Notes: generated by a model from the sequence alone, not told the origin. Shown: positions 16,720 through 27,146, counted from the stretch's first letter. The stretch: 64,000 nt of DNA from Minisyncoccota bacterium (GCA_041674925.1 JBAYUW010000002.1:13622-77621); one strand, 5' to 3'. A program made the numbers and translations.

Positions 16720-17462
16720 CTTTTGATCTGGTCGCGCTTGATTTCCAAATCCCTTAATTCTTTTTGTTTGCTGTCTCGATCACGAGCTAGACGAGATATC
16801 TCTTGAGAAATGACCTTCTCGTCTCGTTCTAATTCTTCGATTTGACGACCCCTGAAGGTAATCTCTTGAGTCTCTTTTTGAAGTTCTTTTTTCTTATTTT
16901 GTGTTGCTTGAACCGTACGGGTTTTGGTGTTGACGGTGTGTTTTGAATTCGCTTCCAAGCTACGATAATCCTGATCAAGCTTAGTAACCAACACCTTCTG
17001 ATGTTCGATCTTGGCCTGAACTTCAGCTAATTCCGCTTGAAGAATATGAGCTTGGGTCTCTAGAGCGGGGATTTCTCTTTCCGCCGTGGCTAAATTAATT
17101 TTGGCTTGATTAAGTTCAGCAGATGATGTCGTAACTCGACTCTCTTCGGCCTGAACCTGGTCTTTTAAATAATCAACTCCCCCCTCTTCTTGTTTTAGCT
17201 GCCCCTTTAGGACGAACTGCTGGCGTTTAGCTTGATCAAGCTTTAATTTTAATTCATTTAGTCGAGCCTCTTTATTTTTTACCTCTAAGTTTAACCGGTC
17301 GAGCTCTCTCTTGCGATTATCAATCTGTAACTGAAAACGGCTTCTTTCTTGTTGACGTTGAGCAGCCAACCGCATCTCGGTTATTTTTTTTGCCTCATCC
17401 TGTCTCTTTTTTATTTCCGCATCATAAGCCGCGCCACTATTTTGAGATTTATTGTTTAACAT
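16716..17462 (-). CDS. Coiled-coil protein (EnvC-like N-terminal module?)
   Basis: 248 aa. Continuous heptad-like Q/E/K/L-rich sequence. Lies immediately downstream of the M23 peptidase gene. Confidence 0.6.
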   Translation of the reverse strand: MLNNKSQNSGAAYDAEIKKRQDEAKKITEMRLAAQRQQERSRFQLQIDNRKRELDRLNLEVKNKEARLNELKLKLDQAKRQQFVLKGQLKQEEGGVDYLKDQVQAEESRVTTSSAELNQAKINLATAEREIPALETQAHILQAELAEVQAKIEHQKVLVTKLDQDYRSLEANSKHTVNTKTRTVQATQNKKKELQKETQEITFRGRQIEELERDEKVISQEISRLARDRDSKQKELRDLEIKRDQIKS

Positions 17463-17465
17463 TAA

Positions 17466-18542
17466 TTAAAATGGGTTTTTAGCGCCACGAATTTCAAAGT
17501 GAAGATGGGGACCAGTGGAGTTACCGGTGTTTCCAGAATAACCGATTAGCTGACCTTTGGTAACTGTTTGCCCAACCGAAACGACTGTTTTACTCATGTG
17601 ACCGTAAACAGTTTGGGTATTATTTGGATGTTTGATAACGACATAAACACCATAACCTCCATTCCAACCCGCACTCTTACTGATAATTACCTCACCAGCA
17701 GCGGCAGCATAGAGCTGGGTGCCGACTGGTAAACCATAGTCCACAGCGTTATAACCATGCAAGCCTTGGGTTTTTGTCCCACCAACAAATGGCTTCTGAT
17801 AATAACCACCGTAATCAGGTGCCTTATCAGTACCCTTGATCAGAGGTGTCGCTCCGTGATTAGAGGCGGTTGAAGGTCTAATTGAAGACGAGACCTGGCC
17901 GTCGGGGATCATGACTGTTTGTCCGACCAATAATTTATCCGAAACTTTCAAATCATTAAAGAGAGCAATTTCCTCGACATTACCAGTATATTTTTTGGCA
18001 ATAGTATTTAAGGTATCTCCTTTAACGACAGTATGCAAAACCCCAGACATTGGCAAGATGACGAGACTTTGTCCGGCCTTTAAGGCTGAGCCTTTCGCCA
18101 AGTCGTTTGCCCAAAGAATAGTGTTTACGGAAACATCAAACATTTCGGCAATTTTAGCTAAATTATCACCGCTTCGCACTATATAAATGCTAATTTGATC
18201 GCTGGAAACATTGGCCTTTTCTGGTTCCGTATTTGAAGGGCCAACTTCAGCTAATAAAGCTTCATCATCCACCACAGTAATATCACTCGCGATTCTGGCC
18301 GTTGGATTCGGTGTATTGGCCGCGACCAATAATGGCATTGTTTGAGAATTAGACTCAATAATGGTTTCAGTTTCGGCGGAAACCTCCTGGCCAGAAAACA
18401 TCTCGCCGATAAAAGACAGGACATTGGCGTGAGAGATGAAGGGTGTGATCAAAAAGGTCGCAACGAGTATAAAAACAAAAATAGACTTCCAAAATGAAAG
18501 CCAACGATTCTCCACTATTTGAATATTATTTGTAGAATCCAT
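17466..18542 (-). CDS. LysM-domain M23 family metallopeptidase
   Basis: 358 aa. N-terminal TM, two LysM repeats (YIVRSGDNLAKIA..., HTVVKGDTLNTIA...), M23 motif GNTGNSTGPHLHFEIR. Confidence 0.85.
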   Translation of the reverse strand: MDSTNNIQIVENRWLSFWKSIFVFILVATFLITPFISHANVLSFIGEMFSGQEVSAETETIIESNSQTMPLLVAANTPNPTARIASDITVVDDEALLAEVGPSNTEPEKANVSSDQISIYIVRSGDNLAKIAEMFDVSVNTILWANDLAKGSALKAGQSLVILPMSGVLHTVVKGDTLNTIAKKYTGNVEEIALFNDLKVSDKLLVGQTVMIPDGQVSSSIRPSTASNHGATPLIKGTDKAPDYGGYYQKPFVGGTKTQGLHGYNAVDYGLPVGTQLYAAAAGEVIISKSAGWNGGYGVYVVIKHPNNTQTVYGHMSKTVVSVGQTVTKGQLIGYSGNTGNSTGPHLHFEIRGAKNPF

Positions 18543-18702
18543 AATTGAGGTAGTTGTCGAGACGGGAAATCAGCCGAAACACCAGAAGACGGACCAAAAC
18601 AAGTTAAACTACCTACCGAGACAGAATAGCAAAAAATGACCCAAAAATCAACGATTTTGGTGGTTGCCTGTGGATATCTTTATCTGTGTTATAATCAACC
18701 GA

Positions 18703-20598
18703 ATGGAACATTTAAAAGGCTTAAATGACAAGCAAAAAGAGGCAGTTTTATACCAAAATGGCCCTCTTTTGATCTTGGCGGGGGCAGGAGCGGGAAAGAC
18801 TAAAACCGTCACAACACGTATAACCCATCTTATCAAGACTGGTGTCGAACCCAAGAGCATTTTGGCGATTACTTTTACTAATAAGGCCGCTAAGGAGATG
18901 CGAGAGCGATTAATGTTGCCTCAAACAGGGGAAAGGCCTTTTGTGAGCACTTTTCATGCCTTAGGAGTCCACATTCTTAAAGAAAATGTCAGAGAAATCG
19001 GTTTGACTAGACACTTTTCTATTTTCGACAAGAGTGATTCCCAAAAAACCGTCCGTGATATCATTCGTGATTTAGGTTTGGATCCAAAACAGCATGAACC
19101 TGGTAAATATTTAAGTATAATCTCCCGCGAAAAGGGCAATCTGAAAACAGTGGAGGATTTTAATACGACGAATCAGAATGAACTGATTGGTCGAGTTTGG
19201 GCGGCTTATGAAAAAAAATTAAAGGAAGGAAAAGCTCTGGATTTTGACGATTTACTACTTAAAACCTATAAACTTCTAAAAAACAAGCCAGAAATTCTGC
19301 AAAGATATCAGCAAATCTGGACTTATATTCACGTCGATGAATATCAAGACACCAATCAGGTTCAGTATATGATTACCAAACTACTAGCCGAAAAAAACCG
19401 AAATATTTGTGTCGTCGGAGATATTGATCAGAATATCTACAGTTGGCGAGGCGCGGATATTAAAAATATTTTGCATTTTGAAAAAGATTATCCCGAGGCC
19501 AAGATCATTTTACTTGAAGAAAACTATCGCTCAACACAAAATATTCTCGCCGTCGCTAATGCTATTATTAAAAAGAATGTTAATAGGGTAGAGAAAAATC
19601 TTTTCACTAAAAATGCCGAGGGTGAAAAACTGACGCTCTATACCGGCTTTAACGAAAACGAGGAATCACATTTCATTGCTAATAAAAGTAAAGAATTGAT
19701 TGCCTCGGGTGTCGAACCTAGAAATATTGCCGTTTTGTATCGTGCTAATTTTCAATCCAGAGCGATCGAGGAAGCATTTTTGACCAAAAGTGTGCCTTAT
19801 CAAGTCCTGGGAACAAAGTTTTTTGAGAGAAAAGAGGTGAAAGATATAATTTCTTTCCTTCGCGCGGGATTGAATCCTGACAGTTTAACCGATATTAAAA
19901 GAATTATTAATGTGCCGGCTCGAGGTATCGGTAAAGTTACTATTTTAAAAATATTTAGTGGTGAGAGAGAGAGTTTGCCAGCTGGAACAAAAATAAAGAT
20001 AAATCAGTTTTTTAATCTATTAACCGAAATCGGAAAAGTTGCTTTAGAAAAAAAGCCTTCTGAAGTTATTCAATTTATTATCAAAGAAAGTGGTATTGAA
20101 AAAGATCTGAAAGATAGCAATGATGAAGACAAAGAAAGACTGGAAAACATGAGGGAATTAGCCACTTTGGCGATAAAATACGACTATTTACCGATCGGTG
20201 AAGGGATTGAAAAATTAATCGAAGAAGCGGCGCTGGCGACCGATCAAGATAGCCTAGAAAAAAATGATAATGCTGTAAAATTAATGACGGTGCACGCTTC
20301 AAAAGGCTTGGAGTTTGATTATGTTTTTATTACCGGCCTTGAAGAAGGATTGTTTCCCCACGAAAGAATGAATGCTGGGAAGAATAAAGATGATGGGGAA
20401 GAAGAAAGGCGACTATTTTACGTTGCCCTGACCCGTGCCAAGAAAAAAATCTTCTTAACCAATGCCAACAGCCGAACAATTTTTGGTTCGTCTCAGATCT
20501 GCATACCGTCGCAATTTATTTCTGATATTGATGAGGAATTTCTTGAAACAGACGAGACATTTGAATATCGGGAGAAAATAATATATCTTGAACTATAG
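18703..20598 (+). CDS. pcrA: UvrD/PcrA-type ATP-dependent DNA helicase
   Basis: LNDKQKEAV, AGAGAGKTKT, VDEYQDTN, TVHASKGLEF. The track start at 18664 is TTG. The ATG at 18703 is preceded by TGtTATAAT-N7. Confidence 0.9.
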   Translation: MEHLKGLNDKQKEAVLYQNGPLLILAGAGAGKTKTVTTRITHLIKTGVEPKSILAITFTNKAAKEMRERLMLPQTGERPFVSTFHALGVHILKENVREIGLTRHFSIFDKSDSQKTVRDIIRDLGLDPKQHEPGKYLSIISREKGNLKTVEDFNTTNQNELIGRVWAAYEKKLKEGKALDFDDLLLKTYKLLKNKPEILQRYQQIWTYIHVDEYQDTNQVQYMITKLLAEKNRNICVVGDIDQNIYSWRGADIKNILHFEKDYPEAKIILLEENYRSTQNILAVANAIIKKNVNRVEKNLFTKNAEGEKLTLYTGFNENEESHFIANKSKELIASGVEPRNIAVLYRANFQSRAIEEAFLTKSVPYQVLGTKFFERKEVKDIISFLRAGLNPDSLTDIKRIINVPARGIGKVTILKIFSGERESLPAGTKIKINQFFNLLTEIGKVALEKKPSEVIQFIIKESGIEKDLKDSNDEDKERLENMRELATLAIKYDYLPIGEGIEKLIEEAALATDQDSLEKNDNAVKLMTVHASKGLEFDYVFITGLEEGLFPHERMNAGKNKDDGEEERRLFYVALTRAKKKIFLTNANSRTIFGSSQICIPSQFISDIDEEFLETDETFEYREKIIYLEL

Positions 20599-20682
20599 GG
20601 GGAGCTGGTTAATTAAATTTTGAGTGTATGGTTGGGTCCGTACCGAAAAATTTGATTGAACCAGCTTCCCAGAAAATAAAAC

Positions 20683-21459
20683 ATGAGCATACCAGCGAAA
20701 AAATCACTCGGGCAAAACTTTTTGAAATCCAAGGTGGCTTTGGTCAAGATGATTGAGGCGGGGGAGATCGGTCCAGAAGATACCGTCCTCGAAGTCGGGC
20801 CTGGAAAAGGTGTTTTGACTGAAAAACTTTTGGAGAAAGCCGGGAAAGTAATTGCGGTAGAGAAAGATCATCGCCTGATCGAATTATTGCAAGAAAAATT
20901 TGCAGGTGAAATTGCTAATGGTAAATTGGTTTTATTGAATTGGGATATTTTAGATTTGGATTTAAAAGATATTTCCAAGCCATACAAAATCATCGCCAAT
21001 ATTCCTTATTATATTACTGGGCAGTTTTTGCGAAAGTTTTTGGAGACCGATTTTCAGCCCGAGAGAATAATTGTAATGGTGCAGAAAGAGATTGCTCAGG
21101 GAATTATGGCGCATGATAAAAAAGAAAGTTTGCTATCTATTAGTGTAAAAGCGTATGGTCAACCGAAGATGGTTATGAAAGTGGGGAAGGAGAATTTTTC
21201 TCCGGCGCCAAAAGTCGATTCGGCGATTTTAGCGATCACCAATATTTCTAAAAATATATTTACGGAAAATAATATTGATGAGAAAAAGTTTTTTGAAGTT
21301 CTACACGCCGGCTTTGCTCATAAACGTAAAATGCTTTTGGGTAATTTAAAATCCGTGACAGACAAAAACCTAGCGGAGGTTTTCACTACGCTAGGTTTGT
21401 CGGAAAAGATTCGAGCGGAGGATTTAGACTTAGAAAGTTGGACTAAACTCAATTCTTAA
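20683..21459 (+). CDS. rsmA: 16S rRNA (adenine1518/1519-N6)-dimethyltransferase
   Basis: 258 aa. KKSLGQNFL, VLEVGPGKGVLT, ANIPYYIT. Confidence 0.9.
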   Translation: MSIPAKKSLGQNFLKSKVALVKMIEAGEIGPEDTVLEVGPGKGVLTEKLLEKAGKVIAVEKDHRLIELLQEKFAGEIANGKLVLLNWDILDLDLKDISKPYKIIANIPYYITGQFLRKFLETDFQPERIIVMVQKEIAQGIMAHDKKESLLSISVKAYGQPKMVMKVGKENFSPAPKVDSAILAITNISKNIFTENNIDEKKFFEVLHAGFAHKRKMLLGNLKSVTDKNLAEVFTTLGLSEKIRAEDLDLESWTKLNS

Positions 21460-24234
21460 TTAGAAGCGATCAAAAGCATCGCCAATATCAGAACCCCAAT
21501 CTGAAATTGTGTCTCCTGCTGACTCTAGGGAGTTTGCCTGTAACCAGGTCGTGGGGCTAACGTACATCCACCAATCAATACTTGATCCATTTGATGAACC
21601 TCCTTGAACTGAATTAACCAATGACCCAGCACTACCACAATCAGCACCGAGGCCCATTGCCCCAGACATCGTTCCAAAATAACTACCAGTACTGACGGGA
21701 TTACTACACTCTAAACCACCGTCTTCCACCGCAGTACCCATAATAGTCTGTCCCACAGTTGGAATTGCTTGACCATGACCCTCTCTGATCACCACATAAC
21801 CCTCGCTCGCAGATGTCGTCCCTCCTGGAAATTTAGGGTCGGGTGAAGAAATAATGTCCCCCTCTTTACATGGCTTGATTGCAACTTGATATAATTTACC
21901 TGCAAAGCTATTTGTCGGCGTACAGGCATCCACACTAGTCACAAGTCCGGCAACCTGATTTTTTACTTCTGGACCTAATTCCTCCGGAATTTCTTCCTCT
22001 ACAGCTTCACAGTCTCCAGGATTAGCGACTACCTGTCCCAAGGCTACAATCGCGGCCGTATCGATCTTTGAATGTCCCCAAGCATAATACATAAAGCCTT
22101 TGCTATTATCTTCCATGACCTTACAAGCATAAGCTTTTAACTTTTTAGTATTAGCAAAACCAGTAGTGCTACCGTCGGCTAGACCAGTAATTGCTCCTCC
22201 ACAATCAGTGGTTATAATTGCTCCATCTGGACCGTAATCAGTCAGGCTACAAGGGTGATATTCGAAGAACCAATCTTCGTTAATCGGCTCCTCTGGTCGA
22301 GTGCCTTTATTTGAAGAAATCATACCATCCCAACGATCCGCGACCATATCCTCCCATCTCTGAGCTTTATCATCACACTCGTTATTTCTTCCACCGCTCC
22401 ACTCACTCGCTGCTTGCAAGACAATTCGATCAGTACCAATTTCATTGATTAGAAAATCCAAAATACTGCTGAACCAAGCATCACTATATTTTGCTTCACA
22501 AATCGAGACCCCGCCATTATTCCAAGTATTTGATCCCTTATTCCAATTCACAATGTTAATAAGGGTCGTCACATTTTTCGCCCTCATATCCTTCACAAAA
22601 GTTTTTAGTTTAGGATAGATTGACTGTGGATTGTCATAATAACCTTTATTTCCATGTCCCAACATTTCGATATTTGTTGCGGTTAATTTGTTTGTCGACA
22701 ACTGACTAGCCAAAGACACAGAACTGATATTCATCCAGTCATTTACCACACCGTAACCGACAATATTAGCCACATCTTCTGGGCCGTTGATTGTCGAAGG
22801 ATTGGTAGTTGAGGCAGTAGTGGTTCCGAATAGAGAATCGTAGCTGAAAGGGGTAGTGGAAGAGGAAATAATGACATTACAGGTTGTGGAGGCGAGCGCG
22901 GTACCAGAAGTGACCGTCACCTGAGCTGTTTTTGTACCAGTCGTGGCATAAGTCTTTGAAGCAAATGAAGAATTTCCATAAAGACCGTCTGTGCCAGACC
23001 AGGAATAAGCATAGCCACCATTACCACCAGAAATGATCGTCGAAATCCAAGTAATCAAGGTATTGATTGGACCGGTAGATGGACTTGGTAAACAGGAAAC
23101 CTCCAGATTACTACATGATTGAGTGGTACTTGCTGTCACACCACCAGTACAACTTGCAGGAACACTGGTCAATTTATTACGAGTTTGTGTTCCACCCACA
23201 CAGGCCGACCAATCATCATAGGTAAAACTAGTACAAGCCAAGGTGGCTGGGGGAGTGACAGTACAGGTTCTACTGGTCACCGCCGAGACACCTCCAGAAC
23301 AATTACTTGGACTGCTACGTAATTTGCTTCTTGTTTGTGTTCCACCCACACAAGAAGACCAGTCGGAATAGGTATAAGAAGTACAAGAAGAAACTTTTTC
23401 ATTTAAACGAACAGCAACAGAATCAGTGACTGTTCCGTAAGGACCAGTACAAGAAATCACAAACGTACCTGATTCTTCGACATAGAAACTCTCAGAGCCA
23501 GACAAAGGCTTTGTTTTATTTGGGGAAGCACATGAAGTGACGTTTGAAGATGTCCAAGAAACTGTCACATTGCGGGGTGAACTGATGTCCACCGTGCTGT
23601 CCTTGCCGTTCACTTTCACATCAACCCTGGGAGTTTTACCAGTCGAGGTTCCTCCTGCACAACCAAATAAGCCGAGAGCGGTGCTTTCCTGACCTGGCAC
23701 AATAGCGTCAACACTGATCAAAAGCTCGATAAACTGACAGTTTTCGCTCGCTGTGTTTGTATTTGTGGTCGTTGTAGTAGTGGTGGTGATGGTAGAAGCA
23801 CTTGATCCTCGGCTTTCTGGCACACCGACAGAATCACTAGTACTCATAACGCCAATTAGGAGGTTTAGTTTGGTACGAGTCGCCTTGCCGACAATACCAG
23901 TGCCTTTGGTCAAACCATATGGAGTCAAAATAGTATCACGGTGTTTTTCTTGAAATTTAATGACGGCCAGCTTGGTTTTGTCACCAAAATATTTAGTTTC
24001 TTTACCCCGCGAGCCTTCACCCTGTAGGGCAATAGTAGTGTCAACATCGGCATTCAGCACCCTTTGTAATTCGATGACATCGGCATCAGTGTAGCCAGGA
24101 CTTAAATCCATAGTAAAGGAGAAACCGGGAGTAACGACGGATTTAAGACTACCAATATTTTGCGCTAAAGCTTTTGTTGAAAATAAAACCAGCGCCAAAA
24201 CAAAGATAAAAGAGATTATTTTTTTAAAATTCAT
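21460..24234 (-). CDS. Large secreted multidomain protein: signal peptide, peptidoglycan-binding-like domain, poly-Thr linker, Ig/PKD-like modules, two Cys-rich TSP1-like repeats, unassigned C-terminal about 480 aa
   Basis: Signal peptide MNFKKIISFIFVLALVLFSTKALA from the ATG at 24234 (the track start 24252 is also ATG). PG-binding-like DADVIELQRVLN...YFGDKTKLAVIKFQ. Tandem 41-aa CTS[YF]TY.DWS.CVGGTQTR modules. Confidence 0.75.
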   Translation of the reverse strand: MNFKKIISFIFVLALVLFSTKALAQNIGSLKSVVTPGFSFTMDLSPGYTDADVIELQRVLNADVDTTIALQGEGSRGKETKYFGDKTKLAVIKFQEKHRDTILTPYGLTKGTGIVGKATRTKLNLLIGVMSTSDSVGVPESRGSSASTITTTTTTTTNTNTASENCQFIELLISVDAIVPGQESTALGLFGCAGGTSTGKTPRVDVKVNGKDSTVDISSPRNVTVSWTSSNVTSCASPNKTKPLSGSESFYVEESGTFVISCTGPYGTVTDSVAVRLNEKVSSCTSYTYSDWSSCVGGTQTRSKLRSSPSNCSGGVSAVTSRTCTVTPPATLACTSFTYDDWSACVGGTQTRNKLTSVPASCTGGVTASTTQSCSNLEVSCLPSPSTGPINTLITWISTIISGGNGGYAYSWSGTDGLYGNSSFASKTYATTGTKTAQVTVTSGTALASTTCNVIISSSTTPFSYDSLFGTTTASTTNPSTINGPEDVANIVGYGVVNDWMNISSVSLASQLSTNKLTATNIEMLGHGNKGYYDNPQSIYPKLKTFVKDMRAKNVTTLINIVNWNKGSNTWNNGGVSICEAKYSDAWFSSILDFLINEIGTDRIVLQAASEWSGGRNNECDDKAQRWEDMVADRWDGMISSNKGTRPEEPINEDWFFEYHPCSLTDYGPDGAIITTDCGGAITGLADGSTTGFANTKKLKAYACKVMEDNSKGFMYYAWGHSKIDTAAIVALGQVVANPGDCEAVEEEIPEELGPEVKNQVAGLVTSVDACTPTNSFAGKLYQVAIKPCKEGDIISSPDPKFPGGTTSASEGYVVIREGHGQAIPTVGQTIMGTAVEDGGLECSNPVSTGSYFGTMSGAMGLGADCGSAGSLVNSVQGGSSNGSSIDWWMYVSPTTWLQANSLESAGDTISDWGSDIGDAFDRF

Positions 24235-24297
24235 GTTTAATAAAATTACCATTAATAATGTCTGTATTTTATCATAAATGTTTGGTATAATCTACCA

Positions 24298-25290
24298 ATG
24301 GAAAAGTATTTGCCCTCCAAAAAATTCTTATACATAATTGGTTCAATTATTTTGGCCATCTTAATCGTCTGGGGTGTCCCAGTTTTACTAAAAAAACAAG
24401 TCGAAAAACCACTTTCACAACAAACGACAGGTGCCGAACAAAGCGCAAAGATTCAAGAGTTTTTAGCGACTGATACCGATAGTGATGGTTTACGAGATTG
24501 GGAGGAAACCCTCTGGAAAACCGATCCACAAAATACCGACACTGATGGTGACAAAACTAGTGATTTTGAAGAAGTAAAAATTAACCGAGATCCCACCAAA
24601 GCGGCGCCGGGGGATGAAATCGACGAAAAAATTATTGCTAGTCAGCAGCAAAGAGAGGCTGAGTATAATAAATTAACCGAGACTGAAAAATTATCTCGCC
24701 TTCTTTTTTCTCAATATGTTGTCTCCAAACAGGGGGATGAATTAAATCAAACCGATAAACAATTAATCCTAGATTCAGTAATTTTAAACACTAATAGTAG
24801 TGGTATACAAAGTTATACTTTATCGGACATAAAAATAGTCGACGACAACAGCACGTCCACTATCAAAAATTATGTTAATCAGTTGGGTGTTGTCTTAGAT
24901 AATAACAAAAATGAAGAACGTATATATGAATTGAATGTATTAAACGACGCCATTAATAAAAATGACGCCAAGGAATTGTCAAAGCTTGATCCAATTGTTG
25001 GGTCCTATAGAAGCACTGTTGCTGGTTTTCTTTCTGTTACTGTTCCAAGAGAACTGGCGAATTTGCATCTAGATATTGTTAATAACACCTCAAAAATTGG
25101 TTTCAGTATCGAAACTTTCAAGTATTTATATAGCGACACCCTCAAGGCGGTGAATGGCTTGGCTACTTACAAAAAATCTACCACTGATATAATCCAAAAT
25201 ATTACTAATCTAAAAAAATATTTGGAAATAAAGAATGTGGTATTAGTTGAAAGTGATCCTGGATATAAATTAATAAATGTTATAAAATAA
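24298..25290 (+). CDS. Membrane-anchored protein with thrombospondin type-3-like Ca-binding repeats
   Basis: 330 aa. N-terminal TM, then DTDSDGLRDWEE...DPQNTDTDGDKTSDFEE. TGgTATAAT-N6-ATG start context. Confidence 0.7.
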   Translation: MEKYLPSKKFLYIIGSIILAILIVWGVPVLLKKQVEKPLSQQTTGAEQSAKIQEFLATDTDSDGLRDWEETLWKTDPQNTDTDGDKTSDFEEVKINRDPTKAAPGDEIDEKIIASQQQREAEYNKLTETEKLSRLLFSQYVVSKQGDELNQTDKQLILDSVILNTNSSGIQSYTLSDIKIVDDNSTSTIKNYVNQLGVVLDNNKNEERIYELNVLNDAINKNDAKELSKLDPIVGSYRSTVAGFLSVTVPRELANLHLDIVNNTSKIGFSIETFKYLYSDTLKAVNGLATYKKSTTDIIQNITNLKKYLEIKNVVLVESDPGYKLINVIK

Positions 25291-25294
25291 AGTC

Positions 25295-27061
25295 GTGAAA
25301 GCTCGCCTTAAAAATTCAGTCTTAATCCTCTTAATCATTTCCCTCGTTTTTCCATCAGCATTTTTGTCCTTTCCTCAAAAAACAGAAGCTCAATTCGCGG
25401 TTAATGTTGCTTTGGTCACAGATCCAACCTTACTACTGACAATGAGTGTGTTAATTGAGCAATTACTTTTAATTAGCGGAACGCTTACGGGTGTATTACC
25501 TGGAGAGGCTCAAAAAGAATCCTTGTGGGATAAAATTGCCTATGCGGCAGGACGGATTTTGGTCAGGCAATTAACCCAAAGTATAGTGAACTGGATCAAT
25601 ACTGGTTTTGAAGGTAACCCCTCTTTTGTTCAGGACCCCGCGGGTTTTATGTTAGGTGTTGGAGATCGGACTATTGGAGAATTTATTTTCAATAACCCAG
25701 ATCTCGCCTTTTTGTGTGACCCATTTGAGATTAATGTAAAAATTGCCCTTGGCCTGCAGTATTCGCCCTTTAAAGATAAAATAAACTGTACTTTATCAGA
25801 AGTTTTAGCAAATTCAGAAAATGCTTATAATGATTTTGTAAATGGTGACTTTATTAATGGTGGTGGTTGGGATAGTTGGCTAAGTATTACTACCAACCCC
25901 CAGAACAATCAAATTGGAGCAATGCTGATTGCACAAGGAGAACTCGATGCTCAAATTGAAGGAAATAAAGAAAATAAAAAGGATGAGTTGGCTTGGAGTG
26001 GTGGCTTATTATCATGGAAAGATTGTACTACAAGAACAGTAGATGCTAATGGAAATAATGTTGGTTCACCACCGATAACTTCGACAGGTGATCCATATTA
26101 TGGAAAAGTAAATTATACCGCTTCAAGTACCGACGCTCGAGCTGACAGCTATACCCAAATGGGGCCTTCTCAACCATCAGCAAATGGACAACAGACTTAT
26201 ACAAAGACAGACTGTCTGACTCAGACTCCTGGAACAGTAATCGCAGATCAAATGCAGGACATCACGGGTTGGGACGTTGAAAGGCTTGGTATTGCTGATG
26301 AATTCAATGAAATCGTGGGTGCTTTGGCCAATTTTCTTGTGACCAAGGTTCTAGAAAAAGGTTTTGGTGGTGTAAATTCTGAAGAACTATCGCCAGATGA
26401 TCCAGAATGGAGGGCGGGTATTGCAAGTTTACAAGCTCAACAATATAGCGATATCGATTCTTATGAAGGCTCAGGAGATATAAAAGACTTCCGAACTTAT
26501 GAACCAAGCACTGTAGCTTATACCAACCCTGGACGAACCGAGACTTTTGATCAAATGAAAGTTACGATACAGGGGACTATTCAGGCTTTATTGGTACCAG
26601 AACAGACTTACTTTGCTTCTTACAACAATATAAACACCGTAGCTGTTTCAACCGAAAATGATTTCTTGGAAGTAATCAGCTGTTATCAGAATAAAATTTC
26701 CTCAAGCACTCCACCCCTCACCAATTCCGAGTTAAGTGCGGCAAACAATGAAATCAGCGTCGCTTCTACAAGTGCTAGTCAAATGGCTCAGGTGCAAGCT
26801 GGAATCGCGTCTAATCTTTTATCAGGTCAAACAAACGTGACCACCTTGACCAACCTATCAGACCGAACAAACAACGCTTCAACAGTGGGAACTTTGGATA
26901 CTATTCAAGCAGAATTAAATACTCTCACCACTCCACCACTACATACCACCGATCAAGTTGACACCGCCATGAATGTCGCCTCCACCACCGTCACCCAAAT
27001 CATGAATGTCGAGGCTCCAAAGGCAACTAGAATGCTCGAAGAATGTCAGCTGTTTCCGTAA
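25295..27061 (+). CDS. Hypothetical secreted/membrane protein
   Basis: 588 aa. GTG start 4 nt after the previous stop, N-terminal signal/TM. No motif I can name. Confidence 0.65.
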   Translation: MKARLKNSVLILLIISLVFPSAFLSFPQKTEAQFAVNVALVTDPTLLLTMSVLIEQLLLISGTLTGVLPGEAQKESLWDKIAYAAGRILVRQLTQSIVNWINTGFEGNPSFVQDPAGFMLGVGDRTIGEFIFNNPDLAFLCDPFEINVKIALGLQYSPFKDKINCTLSEVLANSENAYNDFVNGDFINGGGWDSWLSITTNPQNNQIGAMLIAQGELDAQIEGNKENKKDELAWSGGLLSWKDCTTRTVDANGNNVGSPPITSTGDPYYGKVNYTASSTDARADSYTQMGPSQPSANGQQTYTKTDCLTQTPGTVIADQMQDITGWDVERLGIADEFNEIVGALANFLVTKVLEKGFGGVNSEELSPDDPEWRAGIASLQAQQYSDIDSYEGSGDIKDFRTYEPSTVAYTNPGRTETFDQMKVTIQGTIQALLVPEQTYFASYNNINTVAVSTENDFLEVISCYQNKISSSTPPLTNSELSAANNEISVASTSASQMAQVQAGIASNLLSGQTNVTTLTNLSDRTNNASTVGTLDTIQAELNTLTTPPLHTTDQVDTAMNVASTTVTQIMNVEAPKATRMLEECQLFP

Positions 27062-27146
27062 ATTAGGGAATAAAAGCGTTATAATTTGACATAGTACCCA
27101 AATTTTGCTAAATTAGGATAGTTAGGTATCCTAATTTAATAAAAAT

